DNA of 62,888 bases, filler included. It is 22 parts of 22 records of this genome, joined end to end, with 100 filler letters (N's around TTAATTAATTAA, not from the genome) between each part and the next. Parts side by side here need not be neighbours in the genome. Positions count along the whole stretch, not along the records: positions 11,647 to 13,873 come from SRR36015645_140375; positions 13,974 to 16,320 come from SRR36015645_141421; positions 16,421 to 18,990 come from SRR36015645_142485; positions 19,091 to 21,565 come from SRR36015645_142938; positions 21,666 to 23,910 come from SRR36015645_143731; 17 more parts are not named here. One strand, given 5' to 3'. Of the stretch, positions 11,647 through 21,888 are shown in pieces (position 1 is the stretch's first letter; each line of letters opens with the position of its first letter). Made by a program: the position numbers and the translations under genes. A model generated the notes under the pieces. The model was not told the origin of the DNA. It did no database searches and was given only the letters and a program-made list of their open reading frames with translations.

Positions 11647-12624
11647 CAAATGGGATTTACTGTGGACAATTACATTGACGATATGGTTGGCATAGAGTCA
11701 AATGTCCAACAGGCGTGGTTAGCCTTTCGGACGATTAAAACCTTATTGCTAAATTTAGGCTTAAGGGTAAATGAAAAGAAAGATGTTCCGCCATCACAAG
11801 CAGCTGTGGTTTTGGGTATCAGCTTAGATAGTCAAACCATGGTCGCTAGCACAACAGCTGATAGAATTAGTGAAGCTCGTGAGCTTCTTAGTGAGTGGCT
11901 AAATCGCAAGAAATGCACCCAAAAACAATTACAATCGCTTATTGGCAAGCTAATGTTTGTGAGTAAATGTGTCCGACAGAGTAGACTTTTTATGTCGAGA
12001 TTATTGGGACAATTGCGTTCAGTTAGTAAATCTCGTCACAGGATCAGTCTAAACTCCGAATTCCGCAAAGATGTTGTTTGGTGGTTGTCATTTATGGATA
12101 GGTATAATGGTGTTTCAATTTTGGATTACCAGGAATGGTCCTCGCCAGACAACATATTTTCTAGTGATGCGTGTTTGGAGGCCTGTGGTGCCTATAATCA
12201 AGGCAAGTTTTTCCATGTTAAGTTCCCTGAATTTGTAATTTCTAGGGGCTATAGTATCGCTGCACTTGAATTGATCGCTATAGTGATAGCTGTGAAAATG
12301 TGGTGCAGTGCGTGGAAAGGTAAACGCTGTTGCGTGTTGTGCGATAATCAATCTGTGGTTTTTGTTATCAACAGCGGTAAATCTAAGTGTCCCGTAATGC
12401 TTGAATGGATGCGTGAATTGTATTTTTTGTGTGCTGTTCACGAATGTGACATTAAAGCGCAACACATTTCGTCAGAACAAAATCGCTTGTCTGACCTGTT
12501 GTCTAGATGGCATAAATCGGTTGATTACGCCGAACAATTTTTCAGGTGGTGTCAACAGCATAATGTCACACCACAACAAGAAACGGTGCCGGATGCTATG
12601 TTTTCAGTTTCCCATGCTTTGTAA
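11647..12624 (+). CDS. RT (C-terminal part) and RNase H of a tyrosine-recombinase retrotransposon
   Basis: YIDD; QLQSLIGKL; RNase H motifs SSDAC, IAALELIAI, LCDNQSVV, NRLSDLLSR; no methyltransferase domain follows. Confidence 0.92.
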   Translation, partial: QMGFTVDNYIDDMVGIESNVQQAWLAFRTIKTLLLNLGLRVNEKKDVPPSQAAVVLGISLDSQTMVASTTADRISEARELLSEWLNRKKCTQKQLQSLIGKLMFVSKCVRQSRLFMSRLLGQLRSVSKSRHRISLNSEFRKDVVWWLSFMDRYNGVSILDYQEWSSPDNIFSSDACLEACGAYNQGKFFHVKFPEFVISRGYSIAALELIAIVIAVKMWCSAWKGKRCCVLCDNQSVVFVINSGKSKCPVMLEWMRELYFLCAVHECDIKAQHISSEQNRLSDLLSRWHKSVDYAEQFFRWCQQHNVTPQQETVPDAMFSVSHAL

Positions 12625-12846
12625 TTAAGCATTGTTGGTCAGTTCGTCGGCCGGATATGCAGGCTTACATGTATATGTAGGCCTATTTATTTTCTTCGTT
12701 CAATTTAGTTTCATTCAGTTTTAAGGGTTGTACCCTCTATGATTTGTGTTTGATAAGTTTTGTACAGTTTCTTTAATCTAGTATTTATGATGTACCGAAA
12801 CTGTTAATATTCCGTTATTTTAGATAATTTCCGTCATTCACTCAAG

Positions 12847-13812
12847 GTGGAGTTGCTTGACACTATGGACAAGGCCTATGCTGAAGGTAGTTGGCGAAAT
12901 TTGAGGTCAAATGTACAGACGTACTTGATGTTCTGTATTTTTTATAAATGCGTTTTTTGTCCTGCTAGCACGGAGACTTTAATGTTATATGTGCAATTTT
13001 TAAGTCGGTCGGTACGTGCCATAGGAACGATCAAAAATTATTTAAACAGTGTGAAGACTTACCACAAATTAAGAGGTGTTGATACGTCTAACTTTTTGGA
13101 CTTTAGGCTCGAGTTAACTTTACGAGGTATAACGAAAGTTATGAACAGAATCAGCAAAAAGGCTTTACCTATAACCCCTGCCATTCTGTTGCAGTTGCTG
13201 GCTACCCTCGATTTAAACGTTGCTACACATGCAACATACTGGTGTCTCTTTGTGTTGACCTTTTTTACAATGTCTAGAAAATCCAATATGGTACCACCTT
13301 CTGTTGATAGGTTTGATTTAAATAAGCATTTAACCCGTGAAGATATATCTTGTTGTGAGTCGGGATTAGTTATCTCTTTCAAGTATTCTAAGACTAACCA
13401 GTATTTCACACGTGTTTGTCACATTGCGTTACCAGAGATGGCAGGTTCTCCTCTCTGCCCTGTAAGGGCTTTTAGAAACATGTGCAACTTATTACCAGCT
13501 GGGCCAAAATCACCAGCCTTTGTTTTTCCTTCGGGTAAGTCGATGAAGTCGGTTTCGCATGCTTCGTTTAATGTTTTCTTACAACGATCTCTAGGTTTGG
13601 CTGGTATTACAGATAGATACACGGGTCACTCCTTTCGTCGGGGAGCAGCCTCTTGGGCGTACAATTGTGGCATCTCTGTAGATTTAATACAACGTTTGGG
13701 AGATTGGCGTAGCGACTGTTACAAGTCGTATATAGACGTGTCCTTTGACACGATTTTTCAAGCTACCAGTAAAATTCGTGATGGGATTTTGCAGCTTACG
13801 TGTCAGGGTTAA
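12847..13812 (+). CDS. Tyrosine recombinase (YR) of a DIRS-order element
   Basis: FFTMSRKSN (R), YSKTNQ (K), CPV, GHSFRRGAAS (HxxR), LGDWRSDCYKSY (W, Y); N-terminal TIKNYLNSVKTYH core-binding region. Confidence 0.95.
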   Translation: MELLDTMDKAYAEGSWRNLRSNVQTYLMFCIFYKCVFCPASTETLMLYVQFLSRSVRAIGTIKNYLNSVKTYHKLRGVDTSNFLDFRLELTLRGITKVMNRISKKALPITPAILLQLLATLDLNVATHATYWCLFVLTFFTMSRKSNMVPPSVDRFDLNKHLTREDISCCESGLVISFKYSKTNQYFTRVCHIALPEMAGSPLCPVRAFRNMCNLLPAGPKSPAFVFPSGKSMKSVSHASFNVFLQRSLGLAGITDRYTGHSFRRGAASWAYNCGISVDLIQRLGDWRSDCYKSYIDVSFDTIFQATSKIRDGILQLTCQG

Positions 13813-14847
13813 GTTTTCTGTTTTTTGGCCGATTTTTTGGCGTGTTTGCAGCTCCGTGGGAAAAGAAATAAACNNNNNNNNNNNNNNNNNNNNNNNNNNN
13901 NNNNNNNNNNNNNNNNNTTAATTAATTAANNNNNNNNNNNNNNNNNNNNNNNNNNNNNNNNNNNNNNNNNNNNCTATTATTTTGATGTGGATTGACAGAC
14001 ATTTGAGACACATTTTTGGTCCGTTGATTTCGCCATTCCGTCAGATATCTCCCCCCCCCACCAGGGCCCCCACAGGGGGCCTGAGCCAATATAATATGAG
14101 GCTAAAAGTACTGAGCTAACGATGAGCTGTTCTTTTGATGTGGATCGACAAAAATTTGAGACAAAAACATTGACCATTGAGATTGCCATTCTATCACGCC
14201 TACCATTCAATGAGTAGATGTCGATCGAAAAATGAGAGATGTTCACAGTATAATGTGTATACTTGTACACTACAGCATATTCTCTGCATGAATATTTAAA
14301 TGCAGTGTAGAAAGAAAATTTTCTTCGATCTCTCAGTTTTTTTATGATAGGTCTTTAATTAAAGTAGTTTCCCATTTTAGCCATCGTAAACCCGGAACAG
14401 CATTTTGTGCCAGTACCCGGTAGCCAAATTTTCAAAATTGCTTCGTAAAAAGAATTGATAATTTTAGGCAAACCTATTATCTACCCTGGCTTTTGCTATT
14501 GCCCGCATTTATTCCACTGTAGTCTCAAATTTTGCTTGGTAAGCGGACAACATACTTATCTGCCAATCTATCATCATTGACAGAAAGATGCTCGATATTC
14601 ATGGGCTGTTGTCATCAATAACATACAAAAAAGCATAGGATTGATCTTGGAACATGTGTTTGAAATGATAAAACACATGCATCAACTTAAAAAACCGTTT
14701 TGCAAGTGTTTTCTTTTTTCGAACGCTTGTCATCAACTTCTTCGAAAAAGCACACATCAAATTATTCAAACACACTCTCATAATTATTACTATTAGTTCC
14801 TAATAGCATAACTAAACAAAACTATATAATGCGTATTTTATAATATA

Positions 14848-15852
14848 ATGTACATCACTTTTAGTACACTATTTCGAACTTATATTTTGGCGTTACTTTG
14901 GAACATGGGTGAACAGTGCAAAGAGCTATTCGTCCTATGTGGCCGAGGAACTGATTTGCAAGGTTATATGTATTGCCTTCTGTCTAACCAGCCAGTCAAA
15001 GTAAACAGCTACGATGAGATTTCCCGCACAAAAGCCACTATGTATGTCAAAGAAGGCGAAAATATTACTTTGTTGTTCAAGTGGAAGGCAGACGCTGTTG
15101 TTGATATTTCTAATCTCTTCTACAATCTTCGGCTTTCAATTGCAAATTTACAAGGCCGTTCTTGGGGTCTCACAGTAGATCAAGCAAATGGGCAATGGGT
15201 AACCCGTAAATTTGGTGGGCAGCAGAATAAGCCGATAAATACCGAGGCCAGCTTCCGCCCTTGCAGATTCGATAACTTGCCAAGTTGTCGTATGGAGCTC
15301 AACATTACGAATGTTGATGTACAGATCAACAATGTGATGTCCATTGAAAGCGACTCAAGTGATTATCCACATGCCATTACGATCACACCGCAGGTGTGTG
15401 ACGATCGTGAGGGGATGATGTGTCCGGATCGTGATGAAGAGGAGATATGCAGATGGTACCAAGCAAGCGGAACGGAGGCTGACTGTTGCAATGGCCAGCG
15501 AAAGTATTGCGCCAGTAAGCATCCTGATTTCTGCAAGACACCGTCAACCGACATCACCCAAGGAACTGGGACTACGTTGACAACGATCGCTACGCCAGGA
15601 GAAGATGGTACCACACCTTCTGCCATGATTGTTGCTTACGTGCTCGGGCCTTTGTTTGGGGTCGCACTGATTTGCCTCATTGCGTGGTTTTTGTTCAGAT
15701 GCTTCTTTGCTGACAAGTCGAGCTCATCGGGATCCAGTTCCAGTTCGTCTGGGTCTTCGTCATCATCCGGAGGCACCGCAACTAGAGGAAGTCCAACTGT
15801 CATCGACGAATCCGTGTTCGGCAGCGAGACAACGAGTTCCGGAGAATACTAG
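14848..15852 (+). CDS. Uncharacterised type I membrane protein: possible Ig-like region, 7-Cys module, Thr-rich stalk, TM helix, Ser/Gly-rich tail
   Basis: VKEGENITLLFKW..CRMELNITNV resembles Ig strands; Cys cluster CDDREGMMC..HPDFC; TM segment MIVAYVLGPLFGVALICLIAWFLF; true start uncertain (possible acceptor near 14991). Confidence 0.6.
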   Translation: MYITFSTLFRTYILALLWNMGEQCKELFVLCGRGTDLQGYMYCLLSNQPVKVNSYDEISRTKATMYVKEGENITLLFKWKADAVVDISNLFYNLRLSIANLQGRSWGLTVDQANGQWVTRKFGGQQNKPINTEASFRPCRFDNLPSCRMELNITNVDVQINNVMSIESDSSDYPHAITITPQVCDDREGMMCPDRDEEEICRWYQASGTEADCCNGQRKYCASKHPDFCKTPSTDITQGTGTTLTTIATPGEDGTTPSAMIVAYVLGPLFGVALICLIAWFLFRCFFADKSSSSGSSSSSSGSSSSSGGTATRGSPTVIDESVFGSETTSSGEY

Positions 15853-16671
15853 AAACCGGTACCAAGACAAAGGTAGCAAGGAAAACTGGTCACCAAGCGC
15901 AAATATACTGTGGAACAAAGTACAAAAAAACACAAAAAAAAACATATTTAACCAAACAAGGACAACAAAACTGTCAGCGATTTCTACACATAGTTACATG
16001 TTTATAAACTCTCAGAGGTGTAGTGCTCCAAATGATTTGTTGTTGAAACATAACAACAGAAATGAACATGCATGCATCGACGGCCTGAAGGATTAATTAT
16101 TGAAAATACCATGTGACTAGCGTTTATACCTTACCAAAGAGGGAGTATCTCCGATTATAGTGTATGGAGTACCGTTCTCACCACTGTTCCTAGGTATAAT
16201 CTTACGCTCAACCTTTTTAAGTGTCAATACACTTGCGCTAACCATTTTTGTATTTGCTACCACGGTTTACCATTACGGCAACACTCACATGTGCACTACA
16301 CGGACCTACATGTAGCACAGNNNNNNNNNNNNNNNNNNNNNNNNNNNNNNNNNNNNNNNNNNNNTTAATTAATTAANNNNNNNNNNNNNNNNNNNNNNNN
16401 NNNNNNNNNNNNNNNNNNNNTGTTCCGTGGACAAAGGCGACTGTTACGGGTAGCCATGTAGTTCATTTGCATACCTCCGTGTTCGTGTGTCTCGCACCGT
16501 GGAACCGGTTCCACTGGTTAGGAGTACACTGGTGCTTTGGTGCAAATTTGCATAATTATCTGGAACAGTGACACAGCTTTTTGTGTTTGTTTTGATTCGG
16601 TGCATAAACTGACTGTCTACTACGATCTACTACGATCAGCTGATGGTTTCAGTTTCAGATACAGTTTCGTG

Positions 16672-17841
16672 ATGGTCGAAAAGAAATTGTTGTCTAGTCG
16701 GCCGCTATGGGTTGTGTTGAGATGTAACAAGGTTGAGACTACACAGAATGACATTCTAGAAGGCCTACTGAGAGTAGATATAGCGATAAAGGACGTTCGT
16801 TCGTGCATCCGGCCTAACTACAAGAAGCCAGAGTTCTTTTTGATAATGTGGTCTGCCGAAGGTCTTGCTCGTTTAACGACTGTTTTAGGCAACACCTTTG
16901 ACGTAGAGTTGCCAAATCAGGACACAGCCACAGGTTCGTTGTACGATAGTGAGTATGGTGGGGCAACCGGAAATAGGCCTCGGTTGACATATATACACAT
17001 ATATGACGCTCCACCCGAGATGGAGGATAACGTGTTGAAAGCGGAAATGGAGAGGTATGTAAATGTTCAAGTTTACAAGCGTGGCTACCTAAGGAAGTTT
17101 CCGGAGGTGGAGAATGGTGTACGCCATGTGGGCACCAAGCAGATTAAGATTCCCGTGCCTAGTCACATTACTGTTCAGGGGTGTCGCATGCGAACGCAGT
17201 ATGATGGTCAGAAGCAGCCTGATATCCGTTGCTATAACTGTTGGAATGTTGGGCACATGGCCGAACAGTGTGCCAGCGAGCGCCTCTGTCGTGTGTGCAA
17301 AAAGCCGGGTCACCTTTCATACAACTGTGAGCAGAAAAAGTCCGCGCCTAAAGAGAAGGTGGTTAAGGACGGGCCCGTGGAGAAGGAAAAGAGCGAGCGA
17401 ACACCGACTTCGACGCAGGTGGCGCCATTGTCGTATGCTGGTGCTGTCAGGAACGAGAAGCCAGTGATGCTTACCGAGAAGGAGGAAGACGAGGAGGCGA
17501 CTTCCGAGCACTTAGTCGTTAATCCTGTAGCTGATTGTGAGACCACTCTGGGGAGTGTTGAGCAAACAGTCAGTGAAATCAGCGGCGAGCCAGCGGTACA
17601 AAGTGTTAGTACTGCATCTGTGGCGCAATCTGGCAGTGCCACAACCGTTAACAATGGTAAGAGAAAAGTGAGCAACATAAGTGATACGTCGGAGGGTGAG
17701 TCCCCTAATCGTCCGTTGGCGAAAAAAACTGTTGTAAACATGACTGAGTCAACCCTAGAGGAGGACAGCACTATAACGGCATCAGTCAATGATGCGTTGG
17801 CCCAAATTGAGGCTCTAGCCAGGGGTGTTGAACAATCTTAA
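16672..17841 (+). CDS. Tx1/L1-like ORF1 (RRM-like region plus two CCHC zinc knuckles)
   Basis: VENGVRHV, IPVPSHITVQG, CYNCWNVGHMAEQC, CRVCKKPGHLSYNC, SYAGAV; first ATG at 16672. Confidence 0.9.
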   Translation: MVEKKLLSSRPLWVVLRCNKVETTQNDILEGLLRVDIAIKDVRSCIRPNYKKPEFFLIMWSAEGLARLTTVLGNTFDVELPNQDTATGSLYDSEYGGATGNRPRLTYIHIYDAPPEMEDNVLKAEMERYVNVQVYKRGYLRKFPEVENGVRHVGTKQIKIPVPSHITVQGCRMRTQYDGQKQPDIRCYNCWNVGHMAEQCASERLCRVCKKPGHLSYNCEQKKSAPKEKVVKDGPVEKEKSERTPTSTQVAPLSYAGAVRNEKPVMLTEKEEDEEATSEHLVVNPVADCETTLGSVEQTVSEISGEPAVQSVSTASVAQSGSATTVNNGKRKVSNISDTSEGESPNRPLAKKTVVNMTESTLEEDSTITASVNDALAQIEALARGVEQS

Positions 17842-17887
17842 ACTTTGAGTTCCAACCTATTTGTGTTTTTGCTATATACTTTGAATT

Positions 17888-18990
17888 ATGGGTTACATGC
17901 TTAATTTAGTTTTTGTCTGCTTGACACTCATAGCCCCCCTTCTATCTATGGCACTGCATCAAAACCGTCTCACTGTGGCTACTCTCAACGTTAGAGGTTT
18001 TAAAGGTAAACTTGATAATATATCACACCTTATTCATAGTAAGAAGATTGACGTGTTGTTCATGCAGGAATGCCATAAATTGAACGAAACTCAGTTAAAA
18101 TATTGGCTTAAAAGTAGTAAAGGGCACACATATTTCAGTTCGACTGGCAATAGTGCTGGTGTTGCTATATACCTTAGTAACAGATTGAATGTAAATAATG
18201 TGCACTGTAATACTGTTGTGGAGGGCCGCTGTATGCAAATAACCTGCCAGATATCAAACTTTACATATTGTTTCTGTAATGTGTACGGTCCATGTGATAA
18301 TGCAAACTCTAGAAAAATATTTTATGCTAATTTAAAAGACAAAATATTTACTACTGTTTGTCACTACAAAATTTTGTCGGGTGATTTCAATATGATCGAA
18401 AATGTGTCTGATAGAAAACGTACAAATAATCGCGCACCTGATCCATCGCTTGCAGGATCTGCTGATTTTACAACAATTAGGCACAACAATGCGTTAATTG
18501 ACACTTGGTCGCATTTTAATGCAAACTTGCCTGGATTCACCTGGCGCAATCTGCGTGGCTCCGCGTCAAGACTTGATCGGATATATGTATCACAGGATTT
18601 ATTAAGGTACACAGTCAACATAAAGAAATATCCATCTAGCCCTACACTATCGGACCATGATTTGATTTTAGCTACACTTTTGAATCCAGACAGCGTCATC
18701 ACGGGCAAAGGTTACTGGAAATGTAACACAGCTGTAATTAAAGACAGGGCACTTCAAACAAAAATAGAATACTTTACTGATGAATGGAGAGAACGTAAAA
18801 TTAGCTTTGATGACCAGTTAGCTTGGTGGGAATCGTATAAAGTCAAAGTCAAGAAGATTATTGTCGCATATTCTGTACAGAAAGCGAAGGCTATGGCGAA
18901 AGAAGAACAACGTTTGGAACAGGAAATTGCTTCGGAAACGGATCTGCTTGATAATGGTGCTTTAAACGACACATCACACCTGATTCAGCT
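17888..18990 (+). CDS. Tx1/L1-like ORF2, APE endonuclease domain (3'-truncated)
   Basis: TLNVRG, FMQECH, NVYGP, SGDFN, FTW, SRLDRIY, SDH, GKGYWKCN. Confidence 0.95.
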
Positions 18991-19090
18991 NNNNNNNNNN
19001 NNNNNNNNNNNNNNNNNNNNNNNNNNNNNNNNNNTTAATTAATTAANNNNNNNNNNNNNNNNNNNNNNNNNNNNNNNNNNNNNNNNNNNN

Positions 19091-21565
19091 TACTCCAGCA
19101 GACTGGACAGGCGTGTGGTTCATTATGGTGTGATGAAGGTGTGTATCGTATAGCGAGAGAGCTACAGTTGCTCCAGTCCGAACGGTTCGACAACATTTTT
19201 CTTGGACTAGGTGGATTTCACATGGCAAAAGTTGTGATATCGTGTATTGGCTGTTATTTGCAAGACAGCGGAGTTGAGAACATACTTATTGAGAACGAAG
19301 TGTTTGGACCATTGGTTGTGAAGGCTATCTTGAGTGGCAGTCACTATTCACGTGCTCTAAGAGGTTTATCGTTGGTGGCAGAAGTGATGCAACGACTCCT
19401 TTGGAAAATGTTCTTCAAGCTCAATGAAGGTGTTGAACACCATGAACTCACTGCGGCAATTTGTGCACTGCAATCTTCATGCCGGGAAAAAGATGCAAGT
19501 ATGTCTCGTAGCGGCCTAACTAGTTGCAAAGAAACATGCATGAACATTAAATCTGCTTTTGACAAATTCGTGGAGGTCTCTGCTCAAAAGAGCAACCTGT
19601 TTAAATATTGGATCATTTTCATCAACGTCCTCTTTCCGGTAGTGAGAGATTTAACCAGGGCATTAAGAGAGGGAAACTGGTCTCTGTATTTGTCGGCCAT
19701 TCAGCGTGCAATGCCTCTCTTCTTCGCATTTGACAAAACTCACTATTCAAGATGGGGCACCGTGTTCTTCGAAGATTGCTTGGATTTGCCCAGTAAGTTC
19801 CCAGCATTGTACGAAGACTTCACGAAAGGTCACTTTGTGGTTAAGCAGACAGGCCGCAAATTCAGTTGTGTGCCAATGGATCAAGCACTTGAGCAAATCT
19901 ACAACAAGCCTGCCAAAGGTCATGGAGGAATTATAGGCATGACTCGACGAAAGGAAGCAGTTGCACAGCACAACCTCATAAAACAAGAAAAGATGCAGAT
20001 TTCGGTATTCTTGTGCCAATTTTGTGATCTTGATGAGGTAGACGAGTACACCTTGCACCATGAGTTTTCTGATGCTACAACCAGAGCAGACGAAAAGCAT
20101 ATTCAGAGTATGGTTGCCTATGTTCAGGAGCGGGACAATCCTTTTGATTTGACGAGAAGTTGTCACATGCGGAATATCGTCACTGGCAAAGTATTTGATG
20201 CACAAACTTGCGAAGGACTGCTGACTTGTGTGTCCACTGGACAAGTTTTGTATGACGAATTTGTCAGATCACGCTTTGAAGACAAAAGTAAAAGCTTATT
20301 TGATGCTATACCAAAGCAGAAGAAGAAAACGAAGAAGACTGCTGACTTAAAAGTTGACGTTCATAAAGAAACGAACAAAGCGCTTTGCCTCATTGATGTT
20401 GCAAGGACACGAGATTACGATATGTCGTCACTTCTAAAGCATGAGCTGACACCTACGTCATTTTACTTGACCAAAGATGGATTTCTTCGTAAATCTCCTA
20501 AGTCAGAACTTACCCACCTTTTAGAGAAAAGACTGAATGAACCAGCCCCATCTCACGTGCCGTTTGACAATGGTGATGCAACTTCGGCAGTTGTAGTCGA
20601 TTTCATGGCATATGCAAGAAAGGTACCCATCAGTCAGCTCAAATTGGCAACGTTCGGCGACTTTGTTTCACATCTATGGAAAGTTTTCTGCACTTTAGCA
20701 AATCGTTGCCAACGGTTGGACGTTGTTTTCGATATTTACAAAACTGGGGACGTCAAAGACTGTGAACGAAATCGCAGAGCAAAACTTGATCCAATAGAAG
20801 TGACAATTGGCGATGCTGCAACACCACTTCCCGTGGAAATAGATCGGTTCTGGGTATCTGGCAGGAATAAAGAAGGGTTACAAATGTTTTTCACAGACTG
20901 GCTAGTCAAAAAGCTACAGAAGGAGTCTACATCATTTCCTGTCTATCTAGGAGGCTGCCATAAAGAAGATGTCAATAAATGCGTTAAAATACATCATCTC
21001 GCAGTAGAAGATATACCTTTGCTACATTGCAACCACACGGAGGCGGATGACAGAATACTGCTGCATGTTAAGCATGCCACATGCACACATTCAATCCCAC
21101 GAGTAGTTGTAGCATCCCCGGATACTGATGTATTCATTTGCCTACTTTATCATTTTAATGTCTCCTTCAAACATTCTGGTCTCAAGGAGCTTTGGTTTCT
21201 ATGTGGCAGATCAAATACAGCAAGAGCTATCCCACTGCATGAGATTGTGAAAGAAGTAGCGCCTGATGTTATTCAAGTTCTCCCAGCATTACATTCCCTC
21301 AGTGGATGTGACACAACGAGCAAAGTTTCTACAAAACTTGCGGCATTCAGAGCAGCAGAGCAAGGTGCAGCCCAGTTGATACAAAACTTCGGTAAACTAC
21401 CACTATCTGAAGATATGGAGGTGAATGCCGAGAAGTTTCTTGTCTGCACTTGTGGTGGGGCTAACATTTCGACCTTTGACGAACTTCGTTATCGACAGTA
21501 CCATAAGAAAGACACCAGGAGCAACTTTGAAAAGCTGGTGCCAACATCAGGTAGCATAAGGCTGC
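19091..21565 (+). mobile_element. Academ (AcademX-type) transposase with XPG/FEN1-like nuclease, truncated at both ends
   Basis: LGLGGFH, HYSRA, FFAFDKTHYSRW, PMDQALEQ; nuclease motifs VVDFM, VVFDIY, HTEADDR, SPDTDV, LSGCDTTS. Confidence 0.85.
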
Positions 21566-21888
21566 NNNNNNNNNNNNNNNNNNNNNNNNNNNNNNNNNNN
21601 NNNNNNNNNTTAATTAATTAANNNNNNNNNNNNNNNNNNNNNNNNNNNNNNNNNNNNNNNNNNNNTTTAAAAAATTATGTTCAATATAATGTCACTTAAA
21701 GCATTCAATTCGTTTCCAATGATAGCTACCTTGTTGAGATGATTGTGTATACAGATACGTCTACTTTTTGTGGTTACCAAATTTAGGTTTTGCTTTTTAG
21801 CACTCTTCCCAGTTAATATGGATACCGGTACCTTAGGTCAATACTTGAGATCCTAACATCAAACGGCTGATAACTCGCATGCTCAGAC

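Larger units (their letters stand above)
11647..13873 (+). mobile_element. DIRS-order (Ngaro/PAT-like) tyrosine-recombinase retrotransposon, internal fragment
   Basis: RT-RNase H followed by YR on the same strand within one contig; AATAAA at 13867-13872. Confidence 0.9.
16421..18990 (+). mobile_element. 5' half of a Tx1/L1-clade non-LTR retrotransposon
   Basis: Leader, ORF1, 46-nt spacer and ORF2 endonuclease in tandem. Confidence 0.93.

Noticed and set aside
11647..13873. RT next to a phage-integrase-like gene as a novel prokaryotic retron/integrase system
   Set aside because: RT-RNase H-YR order and motifs are those of known eukaryotic DIRS-order retrotransposons.
2203..18990. The Tx1 fragments at 2203, 9525 and 16421 as parts of one element
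   Set aside because: Where they cover the same domains their proteins are similar but clearly different, so they are separate families.
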